A DNA stretch of 64,000 nt from a virus (lineage: Duplodnaviria; Heunggongvirae; Uroviricota; Caudoviricetes): IMG/VR virus record IMGVR_UViG_3300045988_155334. One strand, written 5' to 3'. A model generated the notes under the pieces. That model did not search any database and had not been told where the DNA came from. It worked only from the letters and a program-made list of their open reading frames with translations. Every line of letters begins with the position of its first letter. Positions within the stretch are counted from its first letter, which is position 1. Positions 51,105 to 59,928 of this stretch are shown here, in pieces. A program made the translations under genes and the position numbers.

Positions 51105-51470
51105 ATGGCACTGACGAAAAAACAACGTGCAGAGCTGCGCATGAAGTTCGGCGGTCGCTGTGCTTATTGTGGCTGTGAACTTGGCGAAAAGTGGCATGCA
51201 GACCATGTAAAACCGGTCATTCGTTTTGCTGGGAATATGCTTCACCAGGAACGTGACGATATATCCAACCTGGTTCCGGCATGCCACCCATGCAATCTGC
51301 ACAAGCATTGCAGTAGCCTGGAAGATTATCGGCGAATTATCAGTGATGGTCGTCGTGAATTCCTTGCGTCCGGGAAAGGCAAAGCGCTGGTTCGTATGGG
51401 ATTGGTTGAAATGAAATCTGACCCGGTTGTGTTCTGGTTTGAAAAATATCAAGAAGGGGATACGGCATGA
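51105..51470 (+). CDS. HNH endonuclease
   Basis: ORF 51015-51470; likely ATG 51105 after AAGGAAAA; CAYCGCEL...HADHVKPV...NLVPACHPCNLHKH. Confidence 0.7.
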   Translation: MALTKKQRAELRMKFGGRCAYCGCELGEKWHADHVKPVIRFAGNMLHQERDDISNLVPACHPCNLHKHCSSLEDYRRIISDGRREFLASGKGKALVRMGLVEMKSDPVVFWFEKYQEGDTA

Positions 51471-51853
51471 CCACTATTACCAAAGAGCGACTGCTGACAA
51501 TCAAGCAGTGGCGCGAAACATACGGACCTGGTAGCAACGTTGTACTGCCAGCAGAAGAAGCGGAAGAACTGGCACGAATTGCTCTGGCATCGCTGGAAGC
51601 AAAACCAATAGGTGCTTTCCACATTGCAGAACAGCAGGTCGATGGCACAAGTGACTACATCAAGGATGGGGAATGGCCTATTGATAATGGAATTATTGAG
51701 GTCTACGCCGCTCCACCCGTTCCAGTAGTACCGGAAGAAAAACCAATGCCTAATCCTCTTAGCATGTACGCGGTTGATGCTGTTGCCGCTATTGCAGAGG
51801 TAAGAGGCTGGAACGCCTGCCGTGCCGCTATGCTTGAGGGTAAAGGAGAGTGA
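51467..51853 (+). CDS. Hypothetical protein, paralogous to the N-terminus of the DUF551-like protein
   Basis: 128 aa; shares IALASLEA and GWNACRAAML with 52063-52947. Confidence 0.4.
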   Translation: MTTITKERLLTIKQWRETYGPGSNVVLPAEEAEELARIALASLEAKPIGAFHIAEQQVDGTSDYIKDGEWPIDNGIIEVYAAPPVPVVPEEKPMPNPLSMYAVDAVAAIAEVRGWNACRAAMLEGKGE

Positions 51854-51854
51854 T

Positions 51855-52052
51855 ATGGACAAAAACACACCTGCTTACTGGAGTTTATCACTTGATACTG
51901 AATGCCCAAAATGCGGCCACAATTTCGATCTGCTTTGCGATGCTGATTTCTGGGAATTTTCTGGAGCAAAACAGGCATGTGAAGAAATAAAAGGTTACGA
52001 AACATGCTGCCCAGAATGTAACCATGAATTTAAAACAGATTTTGTGTATTGA
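51855..52052 (+). CDS. Small zinc-ribbon protein
   Basis: ORF 51822-52052; likely ATG 51855 after AAAGGAGAG; CPKCGHNF...CCPECNHEF. Confidence 0.4.
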   Translation: MDKNTPAYWSLSLDTECPKCGHNFDLLCDADFWEFSGAKQACEEIKGYETCCPECNHEFKTDFVY

Positions 52053-52062
52053 GGCATAACGA

Positions 52063-52947
52063 ATGACCACTTTTACTAAAGAACAATTAATAGAGATAAT
52101 TAAGCGCAATATAACGGTTATGGATCGTTATCCTGATTTAGTAACTGCACAAATGGATCTGGAAGTATACAAAATCGCGCTGGCATCACTGGAAGCAGAA
52201 CCAGTTGCTTATATTTTCAAACATCCGGCCGGGAAATTATTCTGGGCTTTAACGGATGAAAGCAATAAAGAGCAATCGGACGTTATTCCTGTTTATGCTG
52301 ACTCACCTGCGCCGGTTGTGCCGGATGAAATAGACGTAAACGATGTACCAAGGGCGGTGACATATTTCAAGACACACAGAGATTGTTACGCAGATGGCTG
52401 GAACGCCTGCCGCGCCGCCATGCTTCAGTCCGGAAACTTTCGGGAAAACAAGAATTCGTCAACCAATAATTTTCGGGAAATCGCGGAAACGTCAACCAAC
52501 TATCCGGTAATTCCTAGTGAGGTGTTGTCCGCAATCCTGAAGGTTGCCAAGATTCGTGCCGATTTCGATGATTTTGACGGTGACAGGCGAGGTATCGGTG
52601 ATTGTCTGGATGAGGCTGAGCAAGAGCTTATCGTTACCATTAACAAATATGCCAGTCAGTTGGCAGCAGAACCGATAGCGACTAATGACGTTCGAGAGCA
52701 GACAGCCATTCCGCAAGTTCCGGTAACTCCGGATGGTTGGATAAGCTGTAGTGAGCGAATGCCGAATACCAAAACAGCCGTGCTTGTTGCCGTGGAGTTT
52801 GACAGGAAAGGTGACTGGCGAATGAAATGGGCTACTTACATCCCGGGGCATCCTGACGCTAATGATGGGTGGATAATTCCTGGTGCGTCGTGGAAACCGT
52901 CACACTGGATGCCGCTACCAGAACCGCCGCAGGAGGTGAATCAATGA
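52063..52947 (+). CDS. Protein with DUF551-like C-terminal domain
   Basis: 294 aa; C-terminus PDGWISCSERMPNTKTAVLV...HWMPLPEPP typical of lambdoid-phage DUF551. Confidence 0.5.
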   Translation: MTTFTKEQLIEIIKRNITVMDRYPDLVTAQMDLEVYKIALASLEAEPVAYIFKHPAGKLFWALTDESNKEQSDVIPVYADSPAPVVPDEIDVNDVPRAVTYFKTHRDCYADGWNACRAAMLQSGNFRENKNSSTNNFREIAETSTNYPVIPSEVLSAILKVAKIRADFDDFDGDRRGIGDCLDEAEQELIVTINKYASQLAAEPIATNDVREQTAIPQVPVTPDGWISCSERMPNTKTAVLVAVEFDRKGDWRMKWATYIPGHPDANDGWIIPGASWKPSHWMPLPEPPQEVNQ

Positions 52948-53029
52948 GCTGGCCTGAAGCATTCACCACGGTAGGAATTGTGATGGCGGCAGCGCTGGGT
53001 TTGTATTCAATTTGTCGCTGGTGGTAACG

Positions 53030-53263
53030 ATGGGGAAATTAACTTTTGTAGTCGAATTTGAGGATGGTAAAGAGCCACCTGTTAGCGCCAATCTTGATGT
53101 TGCTGGTGGCAGGCTTGTTTCGGTTCTATTTGGTGACTACCGAGATGACTTCTTCCAACCAGAAGAAGTTGATGTAGTGCGAGAGGCATTAAACGAGTTA
53201 AGTGTTGACAACGATGATGCTCATGCGGAAATCATCCAAAAAATGGAACTGCTAACTCACTAA
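53030..53263 (+). CDS. Small acidic hypothetical protein
   Basis: ORF 53012-53263 (TTG); likely ATG 53030. Confidence 0.3.
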   Translation: MGKLTFVVEFEDGKEPPVSANLDVAGGRLVSVLFGDYRDDFFQPEEVDVVREALNELSVDNDDAHAEIIQKMELLTH

Positions 53264-53441
53264 ATTAGAAATTATGGTGCTATCACCTACGACACCGAGA
53301 GAAAATTTATAATGTCAAAAGTAAATGTTTTGATTTTTTCAGCAATTGTTGGCTTTGGTTTTACTGCCGGAGTGCAGATTTATATTACGTGGGAAAAAAT
53401 CATCAACTACGCATGGAGTTGTTTTATTAAGTGAGGTAAGT

Positions 53442-53735
53442 ATGTGGAGAGGTAATAGTCATGGCAAAAGCCAGATGATACTTACCGAATATCAGCTCGA
53501 CCACAAAACCAATAAATCACGCTCAGTATATTTGCTCCGGCACAATAGCCGTGTAAGAAATACCGTGCTGGAACAAAATCTGACAGTTGAAATGGATAAT
53601 TACGGGGGCTTCAAGCCAACAATTTCGCTTGATGATTTTCCTCGTGGTTTAAGCGAAAGAGAAGCAATGCTGAAATTAGCAGAATGGCTACAAAGATTAA
53701 GCATTGCTATTGAAGATAACTGGTCTGAACCTTAA
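53442..53735 (+). CDS. Small hypothetical protein
   Basis: ORF 53346-53735; likely ATG 53442 after GTGAGGTAAG. Confidence 0.35.
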   Translation: MWRGNSHGKSQMILTEYQLDHKTNKSRSVYLLRHNSRVRNTVLEQNLTVEMDNYGGFKPTISLDDFPRGLSEREAMLKLAEWLQRLSIAIEDNWSEP

Positions 53736-53741
53736 ATTTAT

Positions 53742-54116
53742 ATGATGACACTAAAACATTTTCTTGACCGCCCATTATGGGCGGCAGCCGCAGGCTATGA
53801 CTTTAATTATATGGATTGCATGTCTTATACTGCCAATGCATACGACCATTCGTTCACCCTGCTGTTTAATTCTTTAAGAATATTGCCGGAAACAGAAGTT
53901 GGAGAGCTTCATTTATGGCTATTGGGCTTTATCGCGGCTGTCGTTGGCATTGCTGTATGGCCTTTTATTTTCTGGCTGGTGGCTGTTGTAGTGTGGTTTA
54001 AGTGCAAGACATACCGGAAAAAGTATTTCTTGGGTGACGGAATGACTGATATTGCCAAAATGAACATTGAAAAATGGACTAAGGAATGTGAAAAGAAATG
54101 GCGCAAAAAGAAATGA
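53742..54116 (+). CDS. Small membrane protein
   Basis: 124 aa; two hydrophobic helices (LWLLGFIAAVVGIAVWPFIFWLVAVVVWF). Confidence 0.4.
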   Translation: MMTLKHFLDRPLWAAAAGYDFNYMDCMSYTANAYDHSFTLLFNSLRILPETEVGELHLWLLGFIAAVVGIAVWPFIFWLVAVVVWFKCKTYRKKYFLGDGMTDIAKMNIEKWTKECEKKWRKKK

Positions 54117-54778
54117 CTACTCTAACGACAGCATACTTACAGCAATTGGTATTTTTTGCAGGCGAGGCTACTTGTCATCCTGACACAAACTATTTATTGG
54201 AATTTGAGAGGTTAGCGTCACCCGGTATCGTTCTGGAACTGGCCCAACAGGTACTGGCCTTGAGACAAAAAGAGCAACATGAAAGTAATACGTGTAGATT
54301 GAATTTTGAGCAGTGGCTGGAACAGCAACGCGGAAAAATCGATGTGGACTGTGGTTGTGTGTCCACTGAAACATTCATGCACTGGCTGCGGGTAGCTTAC
54401 GAGGCTGGCAACTATCCGGATATTCCGGATAGTTCGGTGTCAGCGCCAGGAAAGGGCGTCACCGGTGGACGTATCCGCATTAAGCCGCATGTTTATCGCG
54501 AACTGGTTAACCGTCTCCACGATACAGCGATCAAGTGTGCTGGCACCCAGCAATTACGAGAAAGAATTAGCCGTGTTTTGGGCGACGTTATTACGCCAGA
54601 TCATCATAAACAAGCCGAGAAAAGTGGCTTGGAAAGGTGTCACCTTGAGGCGGCATTAAACATTAAGCCGGGGCATACGCTTGGCATTATTGATGCACTA
54701 TTGGTTCATAAGATGGCCAGGGCTTTATTGCCGCTGGTGGCTGAAAAGCATGAGGCGGACCATGCCAACGAAAGCTGA
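54098..54778 (+). CDS. Hypothetical protein
   Basis: 226-aa ORF; start overlaps the preceding gene. Confidence 0.4.
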   Translation: MAQKEMTTLTTAYLQQLVFFAGEATCHPDTNYLLEFERLASPGIVLELAQQVLALRQKEQHESNTCRLNFEQWLEQQRGKIDVDCGCVSTETFMHWLRVAYEAGNYPDIPDSSVSAPGKGVTGGRIRIKPHVYRELVNRLHDTAIKCAGTQQLRERISRVLGDVITPDHHKQAEKSGLERCHLEAALNIKPGHTLGIIDALLVHKMARALLPLVAEKHEADHANES

Positions 54779-55046
54779 GTTACAGGCGCGCATAGAGATT
54801 CTTGAAAAAGAGAATGCGAGTCTAAAAGGAATGCTGGCGCGGGCGGAAAGGGAATTATCAGGCAAATTATTGCCAGAAGAGCTGCCACCAGCAGATATAC
54901 CTGATCGAGTGTCCTGGTGGATGAAGTATTTCCGTGCACCGTGGGAGGCGTTTTGGTGCTACGACCATCGCAGATGGTGTGATGAGCTTGATAGCAGTTT
55001 CCCCTATTTTGCGGAAGGGAACTCTTGCCCTGAATGTAGGAGTTAA
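54762..55046 (+). CDS. Coiled-coil protein with C-terminal Cys motif, paralog A
   Basis: ORF 54681-55046; likely ATG 54762; C-terminus PWEAFWCYDHRRWCDELDSSFPYFAEGNSCPECRS. Confidence 0.4.
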   Translation: MPTKAELQARIEILEKENASLKGMLARAERELSGKLLPEELPPADIPDRVSWWMKYFRAPWEAFWCYDHRRWCDELDSSFPYFAEGNSCPECRS

Positions 55047-55351
55047 TGATGACCGGCGAGCTTTATTTTAAAATGGCACGGGAGCGGCGTGTGCATCTGG
55101 ATCGGATATTTCATCTCCAGAAGAGAGTAGAAGAACTGGAACGTCGTCTGAACTGTTATCCTGTTGATATGGTGTCTGCAATACCGCCGATTCCAATAGA
55201 AATGCAGATCCGCCTATGGATGGAAGAATATGGAATGCCGTGGGAGATATTTTTCTGCTTCGACCATAAACAGTGGGTAGATGAGCTGGATAATAGTTTC
55301 CCATATTTCACAGAGAACACATGCCCAGTATGCAGGAAGAACGGAATATGA
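55046..55351 (+). CDS. Coiled-coil protein with C-terminal Cys motif, paralog B
   Basis: 101 aa; C-terminus PWEIFFCFDHKQWVDELDNSFPYFTENTCPVCRK. Confidence 0.4.
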   Translation: MMTGELYFKMARERRVHLDRIFHLQKRVEELERRLNCYPVDMVSAIPPIPIEMQIRLWMEEYGMPWEIFFCFDHKQWVDELDNSFPYFTENTCPVCRKNGI

Positions 55352-55872
55352 CAAAATTTGGAAAGCTGGAAGCTCATTTGCTAACTCGTAACTACCGCCA
55401 TGATATACACCCATATAGACAGTGGATCGATGAAAGCGAAGGAGTAGTTACATTCCCTCTATACAGGTTTGATGGGATGTTGGCTGGGTATCAGACATAT
55501 AGACCAGGTGCTCCTAAGCAGCATAGCAATCCGAAGATGGCCCGGTATTTCACGCGATCACACGGCAGACAGTTACTTTGGGGAACCTATCTTCCTTTAA
55601 AAGATGGCCCAATATGGATAACTGAGTCTATTTTTAAGAGCGCAGCTGTACACAATGCGGGCGGCAATTCGTGGGCGCTGTTAGGTTCGACTTTCTCCGC
55701 AGGATTACGCCGTCAACTTGCGATGCTGCCGTATGACTTTCGTGTAATAGGTGACAATGATGCGGCTGGTAAATTACTTGTGAAGTCTTTCGGAAAAGGT
55801 TTTGTGGCCCCGGATCTTGACGAGCTACAACCACATGAAGTGTCTCATTTGATTTTTAGCCATAGCAAATAA
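55348..55872 (+). CDS. Standalone Toprim-domain protein
   Basis: ORF 55321-55872; likely ATG 55348 (ATGA overlap with the upstream stop); conserved Glu in ITESIFKS and DxD in VIGDNDAAGK. Confidence 0.5.
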   Translation: MTKFGKLEAHLLTRNYRHDIHPYRQWIDESEGVVTFPLYRFDGMLAGYQTYRPGAPKQHSNPKMARYFTRSHGRQLLWGTYLPLKDGPIWITESIFKSAAVHNAGGNSWALLGSTFSAGLRRQLAMLPYDFRVIGDNDAAGKLLVKSFGKGFVAPDLDELQPHEVSHLIFSHSK

Positions 55873-55932
55873 GCATCTCTCCCCTTTGAGGCCACAATTA
55901 GTGGCCTTAAACAATGTGTTTTCTACCTCGAT

Positions 55933-56514
55933 TTAGCCTCTATTATCGTTTTGCATTTCTCTAATCCGGTTCAGAACTACTTCATGCTGGGCTTGGATAG
56001 CGGCTTTTTCGTTTTCAAGTCGGGCAATAGACATCTCTAATTCTTTGCTGTACCAGGCGAGTTGGGCCAGGTTCATCCGGTTGTGGTCGAGAGTTGGAGA
56101 CACGTCGACGCGCTCCCTTTCTTCCTGCTTTAATGAGAAGAGATTCATCTCATCCCTTGAGGAAAATTCAGCAACAATTTCTTGTTGATGATCCGGTCGC
56201 TGCGGCATCCTCGCCAGTATAAATGGCGGTTCTTTTGAAAACATGAATGTCGGCTGTGACCGTGTTTTCACCCATCTAGCCTGCTGCCCTTCGGCAAGTT
56301 CACAGGCTTCATCATAGTTATTTGCCAAACCAAGCACGGATGGACGGTCCCACGCGCCACCATTCAGACAATAAACAACAATTTTCCCGTCAGGTTGTGT
56401 AACCCCATAGGGATGGTCCCACCAGACGTCCAGCTGAGCTTTAGAGCGTTTCTCGTTAGGAGTGCAGTCAAAATTTTTGGGCAATACAGGATCGAGAGGA
56501 ATGCGGGCAGGCAT
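55933..56514 (-). CDS. Hypothetical protein divergent from humD (Lxr-like by position)
   Basis: 193-aa ORF; LexA box lies in the shared upstream region. Confidence 0.35.
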   Translation of the reverse strand: MPARIPLDPVLPKNFDCTPNEKRSKAQLDVWWDHPYGVTQPDGKIVVYCLNGGAWDRPSVLGLANNYDEACELAEGQQARWVKTRSQPTFMFSKEPPFILARMPQRPDHQQEIVAEFSSRDEMNLFSLKQEERERVDVSPTLDHNRMNLAQLAWYSKELEMSIARLENEKAAIQAQHEVVLNRIREMQNDNRG

Positions 56515-56652
56515 AGCTAATTCCTTATTAACTGATTGGCAACGAGGTTACGCTGATCCGTTGGTGATGAATAGTAGCAAAGCGCACAAAATCATCAGCG
56601 GTGGTTGATGTACGTAACGCGTTTGCACCAAAGGTGTCTCTTTAATGTATAC

Positions 56653-56668
56653 TGTATAAATGAACAGT
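56653..56668. promoter_or_regulatory. LexA (SOS) box
   Basis: CTGTATAAATGAACAG, perfect CTGT-N8-ACAG, 21 bp upstream of humD. Confidence 0.75.
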
Positions 56669-56688
56669 ATTGTTGAGGTGAAAACGCT

Positions 56689-57078
56689 ATGGGCTTCCCT
56701 TCTCCTGCGGCGGATTATGTTGAAAGCCGAATTTCTCTTGATCAGCAACTAATCAGGCATCCATCAGCGACCTACTTCATGCGGGCGGCAGACAGCCATC
56801 ACCGTGAGGGAATATTGCAGGGTGCTTTGCTGGTGGTTGATTCCTCGCTTACTCCGGTTGATGGTTCGCTGCTTGTCTGCGCTATGGAGGGTGAATATCG
56901 CATAAAGAGATACCGAAAGTATCCGCGCCAGCACCTGGAGGATTTAAGCACCGGGAAGAAAGAGGCGTTACCAGTAGATGACGATGGTTACACGGGTAGT
57001 AATGCTGTTTTTGGTGTGATCACTCATGTCATCAATGATGCCCGAAGTGGGGAATTTGATGATTGTCCGGTGATTTAA
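56689..57078 (+). CDS. humD: HumD, UmuD'-like translesion-synthesis accessory protein
   Basis: 129 aa; UmuD C-terminal-domain-like, lacking the cleavable N-terminus. Confidence 0.8.
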   Translation: MGFPSPAADYVESRISLDQQLIRHPSATYFMRAADSHHREGILQGALLVVDSSLTPVDGSLLVCAMEGEYRIKRYRKYPRQHLEDLSTGKKEALPVDDDGYTGSNAVFGVITHVINDARSGEFDDCPVI

Positions 57079-57144
57079 GCTGCAAAGTGCTGGTGCTTTA
57101 TGCCTGTGAAGTTTATAATTGTGTACACATAACGAGTACACGAG

Positions 57145-57372
57145 GTGTTTATGCAATCCATTAACTTCCGTACCGCGCGCGGCAACCTTTCTGAAGTGCT
57201 CAACAATGTTGAAGCCGGGGAAGAGGTTGAAATCACCCGCAGAGGCCGTGAGCCAGCAGTAATTGTCAGCAAGGCTACTTTCGAAGCCTACAAAAAAGCG
57301 GCGCTGGATGCTGAATTTGCATCCCTGTTTGACACCCTGGACTCCACCAACAAGGAACTGGTTAACCGATAA
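57145..57372 (+). CDS. phd: Phd antitoxin
   Basis: 75 aa, [39 protein letters not shown]...; stop overlaps the doc start. Confidence 0.9.
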
Positions 57373-57752
57373 TGAGGCATATATCACCGGAAGAACTGAT
57401 AGCGCTTCATGATGCGAATATAAGCCGCTACGGCGGCCTGCCTGGTATGTCAGATCCGGGCAGGGCAGAGGCCATTATCGGGAGAGTCCAGGCCAGAGTT
57501 GTGTACGAAGAGATTACCGACCTTTTCGAAGTCTCCGCAACCTACCTGGTGGCTACTGCGAGAGGGCATATATTCAATGATGCCAATAAGCGTACCGCGC
57601 TAAACAGTGCGCTGCTATTCCTACGCCGTAACGGGGTGCAGGTATTTGACTCACCTGAACTGGTAGACCTTACCGTAGGGGCTGCAACTGGTGAAATCGC
57701 CGTATCTTCAGTCGCAGAAAAGCTACGTGAACTATATGGTTCCAAGACCTGA
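57372..57752 (+). CDS. doc: Doc toxin (Fic-fold kinase)
   Basis: 126 aa; Fic-like [11 protein letters not shown] motif. Confidence 0.9.
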
Positions 57753-57771
57753 GTAGTGGAGTTACGAAACA

Positions 57772-58047
57772 ATGTCGAAAATTAACTTAAGGACCGAATC
57801 TGCGGTGTTCAAGAATCCTACGTTTAACGTACCCAAACAAACGCTTGATGAACTTGTGCCGATTGATAGTAGGTTTGTTATTCCTGCGGAACTGGTCGAG
57901 AACTGCAAAGAGAAGCAAAAGTCGTTAAAGGAAATATCGCTTTCTGAACTCCTCTCCCGCAGTGATGTAAGTAAGGAGGAGATTTTAAGGGCGATATCTG
58001 CATCTACTGCTACCACGCTACGTAGATTGTATGGTTCCGCGGAGTAG
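57772..58047 (+). CDS. Post-doc small protein (PdcA-like)
   Basis: 91 aa; C-terminus LRRLYGSAE echoes the Doc C-terminus LRELYGSKT. Confidence 0.4.
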   Translation: MSKINLRTESAVFKNPTFNVPKQTLDELVPIDSRFVIPAELVENCKEKQKSLKEISLSELLSRSDVSKEEILRAISASTATTLRRLYGSAE

Positions 58048-58231
58048 ATTAATGGCACGTAAATACAACAAATTGTCCCGTGAAGCGTTAAAGATGCTTC
58101 TTGATGGCGTGAGTCGCCGCAAGGTAAAGCAATACCTGGTTGGTAAGCAAATTGGAGCCAGGACTGCTATTGCTGTGTTATGCCGTCAGGAAATGGTTGT
58201 GCTTAAACAGAGAATGCCGGGCAGCAGATAA
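58031..58231 (+). CDS. Small basic protein, possible helix-turn-helix
   Basis: 66-aa ORF; probable start at internal Met (MARKYNKLSREALKML...). Confidence 0.3.
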   Translation: MVPRSRLMARKYNKLSREALKMLLDGVSRRKVKQYLVGKQIGARTAIAVLCRQEMVVLKQRMPGSR

Positions 58232-58258
58232 AGCCCAATCAGTGATGAAAGGTGTGAT

Positions 58259-59302
58259 GTGAAAGCCGTAATTACTCCCTTTGTACAAAAAGAGCTTGGC
58301 GTCGCCACATTCAAAGTGGATCAGGAAGTCAGAAAGCTGGTGGAGGCTGGCCGTAAATTTATTATGGAGCCGGTGCCGCGTGAGTTAATCGAGCACATGG
58401 ACGACGGCCTCGTTGTTTCCGAGCAAACTATGGCAACAAATGAGGCGTTGCAGCCGTTTTTTAACAGCGATGAACTGTTTCGCCGTATTGGTGGAATTGA
58501 CGCGCTGGTGGCGTGGTTGCGCAGGAAAGAGGGGCAATGCCAGGCCGCAGATCGTAGCTGGTGTGACAACCATATTGTCCACGCAGAACGAGACAATAGC
58601 GCGGTGTTGTTGTGCTGGCATCACGATAACCATTACAGGATGCGTGGTTTTAATGAGCTGAAAGAAACGCTGCATAATAATCGCGTTAACTGGATACTGG
58701 ATGTCGCCCGTCAGGAAATGGGGCTTTCAGATGGCCATGATTTAAGTATTCAGGAACTGTGCTGGTGGGCTTTCATGCGCGACATGATGCACCTTATGCC
58801 GGAAGAAGTCTGCCGTATATCAATAAATAAGATTAAGGCAGCAACGCAGGATAGCGGACCTCTGAAAGAGGCGGATATTCGCCCGTATGACGATCGCGCT
58901 ACAGCATATGTTCAGATGATGGAAGAACGCGCCGCGCCGATGCGAGCAAAAGTATGCCCTGTGGATGTTGACTCCGACCCTGGCATGGCGCATTTCAAAA
59001 TACCAAAACTGCAATCGCTAAAATTACCTGAGTACATGGACTTTGTTGCTTCCCGTCCATGCTGTGGGTGTGGAGCTGCGGGAGCTGGCGCTCACATTAC
59101 GCCTTATATCGTTCGTCATAGTCGATTATGCGCGCATGACATTTATGCGATTCCTCTGTGCCAGTCATGCCAGCGTGATATTGAGCGTGACCGCGATAAT
59201 TGGGAGAAAACACACGGCAGGCTGGCGATGCATCAACGATTGTTCTTTGATTACGCGCTTGGAGTCGGCGCTATCACAAGTCATTCGTCGAGCGTTAGAT
59301 AA
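58259..59302 (+). CDS. Cys-rich hypothetical protein (PdcB-like by position)
   Basis: 347 aa; several Cys clusters including [12 protein letters not shown]. Confidence 0.4.
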   Translation: MKAVITPFVQKELGVATFKVDQEVRKLVEAGRKFIMEPVPRELIEHMDDGLVVSEQTMATNEALQPFFNSDELFRRIGGIDALVAWLRRKEGQCQAADRSWCDNHIVHAERDNSAVLLCWHHDNHYRMRGFNELKETLHNNRVNWILDVARQEMGLSDGHDLSIQELCWWAFMRDMMHLMPEEVCRISINKIKAATQDSGPLKEADIRPYDDRATAYVQMMEERAAPMRAKVCPVDVDSDPGMAHFKIPKLQSLKLPEYMDFVASRPCCGCGAAGAGAHITPYIVRHSRLCAHDIYAIPLCQSCQRDIERDRDNWEKTHGRLAMHQRLFFDYALGVGAITSHSSSVR

Positions 59303-59319
59303 AATTGCTCTAATGTGTT
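59303..59319 (+). promoter_or_regulatory. Weak C1 operator-like site upstream of lpa
   Basis: ATTGCTCTAATGTGTTG, 11-12/17 match. Confidence 0.3.
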
Positions 59320-59390
59320 GCTATTTCTTTAATCGAGGGTATTATATTCCACGTTGATTAGTTGACATGGGCTAATCAGTAGGTGACAGG

Positions 59391-59843
59391 ATGTTACTTA
59401 ACTGGCAGGGACGCCACTTCATGGAAATAAATCACTCACGAATAACATCGTATGAGATTGCGGATTACATGATCCGCACTAAATCTCTTCTATCAGCGAA
59501 AGAACTCGCAGCAATCCTTGAAAAGGAATACCCGCATCTGGATGTCGATAAGCGCGACGTTTATCTGCGCTTAAAGGCTATCGCTGTGTCTAAGTATTCG
59601 TCTGTTTTGATTGATGACAGTACACGCCCACGTAGATTTCAGATCCACTCTCTGAACCCTGAATTCTTTCGCCGCAGCCGCGCACCGCGCCGGTTTGATG
59701 AAAAACTCCAGAACGAACTCTATATGACGCAGGACGAAAAGGAACGCCGGGAGCACCAGCCTTGGGTAATGGCGCGTCAACTTTTCAATAAGGTGGCCCG
59801 TCAGCACCGTAATTACGGTAATGCCACATCCGCACGTATCTGA
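59391..59843 (+). CDS. lpa: Lpa-like late promoter activator
   Basis: 150-aa ORF (alternative start at 59418) between the addiction module and pacA, as in P1. Confidence 0.5.
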   Translation: MLLNWQGRHFMEINHSRITSYEIADYMIRTKSLLSAKELAAILEKEYPHLDVDKRDVYLRLKAIAVSKYSSVLIDDSTRPRRFQIHSLNPEFFRRSRAPRRFDEKLQNELYMTQDEKERREHQPWVMARQLFNKVARQHRNYGNATSARI

Positions 59844-59928
59844 TTGATTGCTTGCCCGTTCCGGGCCTTTTGACATGTGACTTTCGTTACCCTCGCGTCA
59901 AAAAGAGTTTTTACGAAAGGAAGCATAA

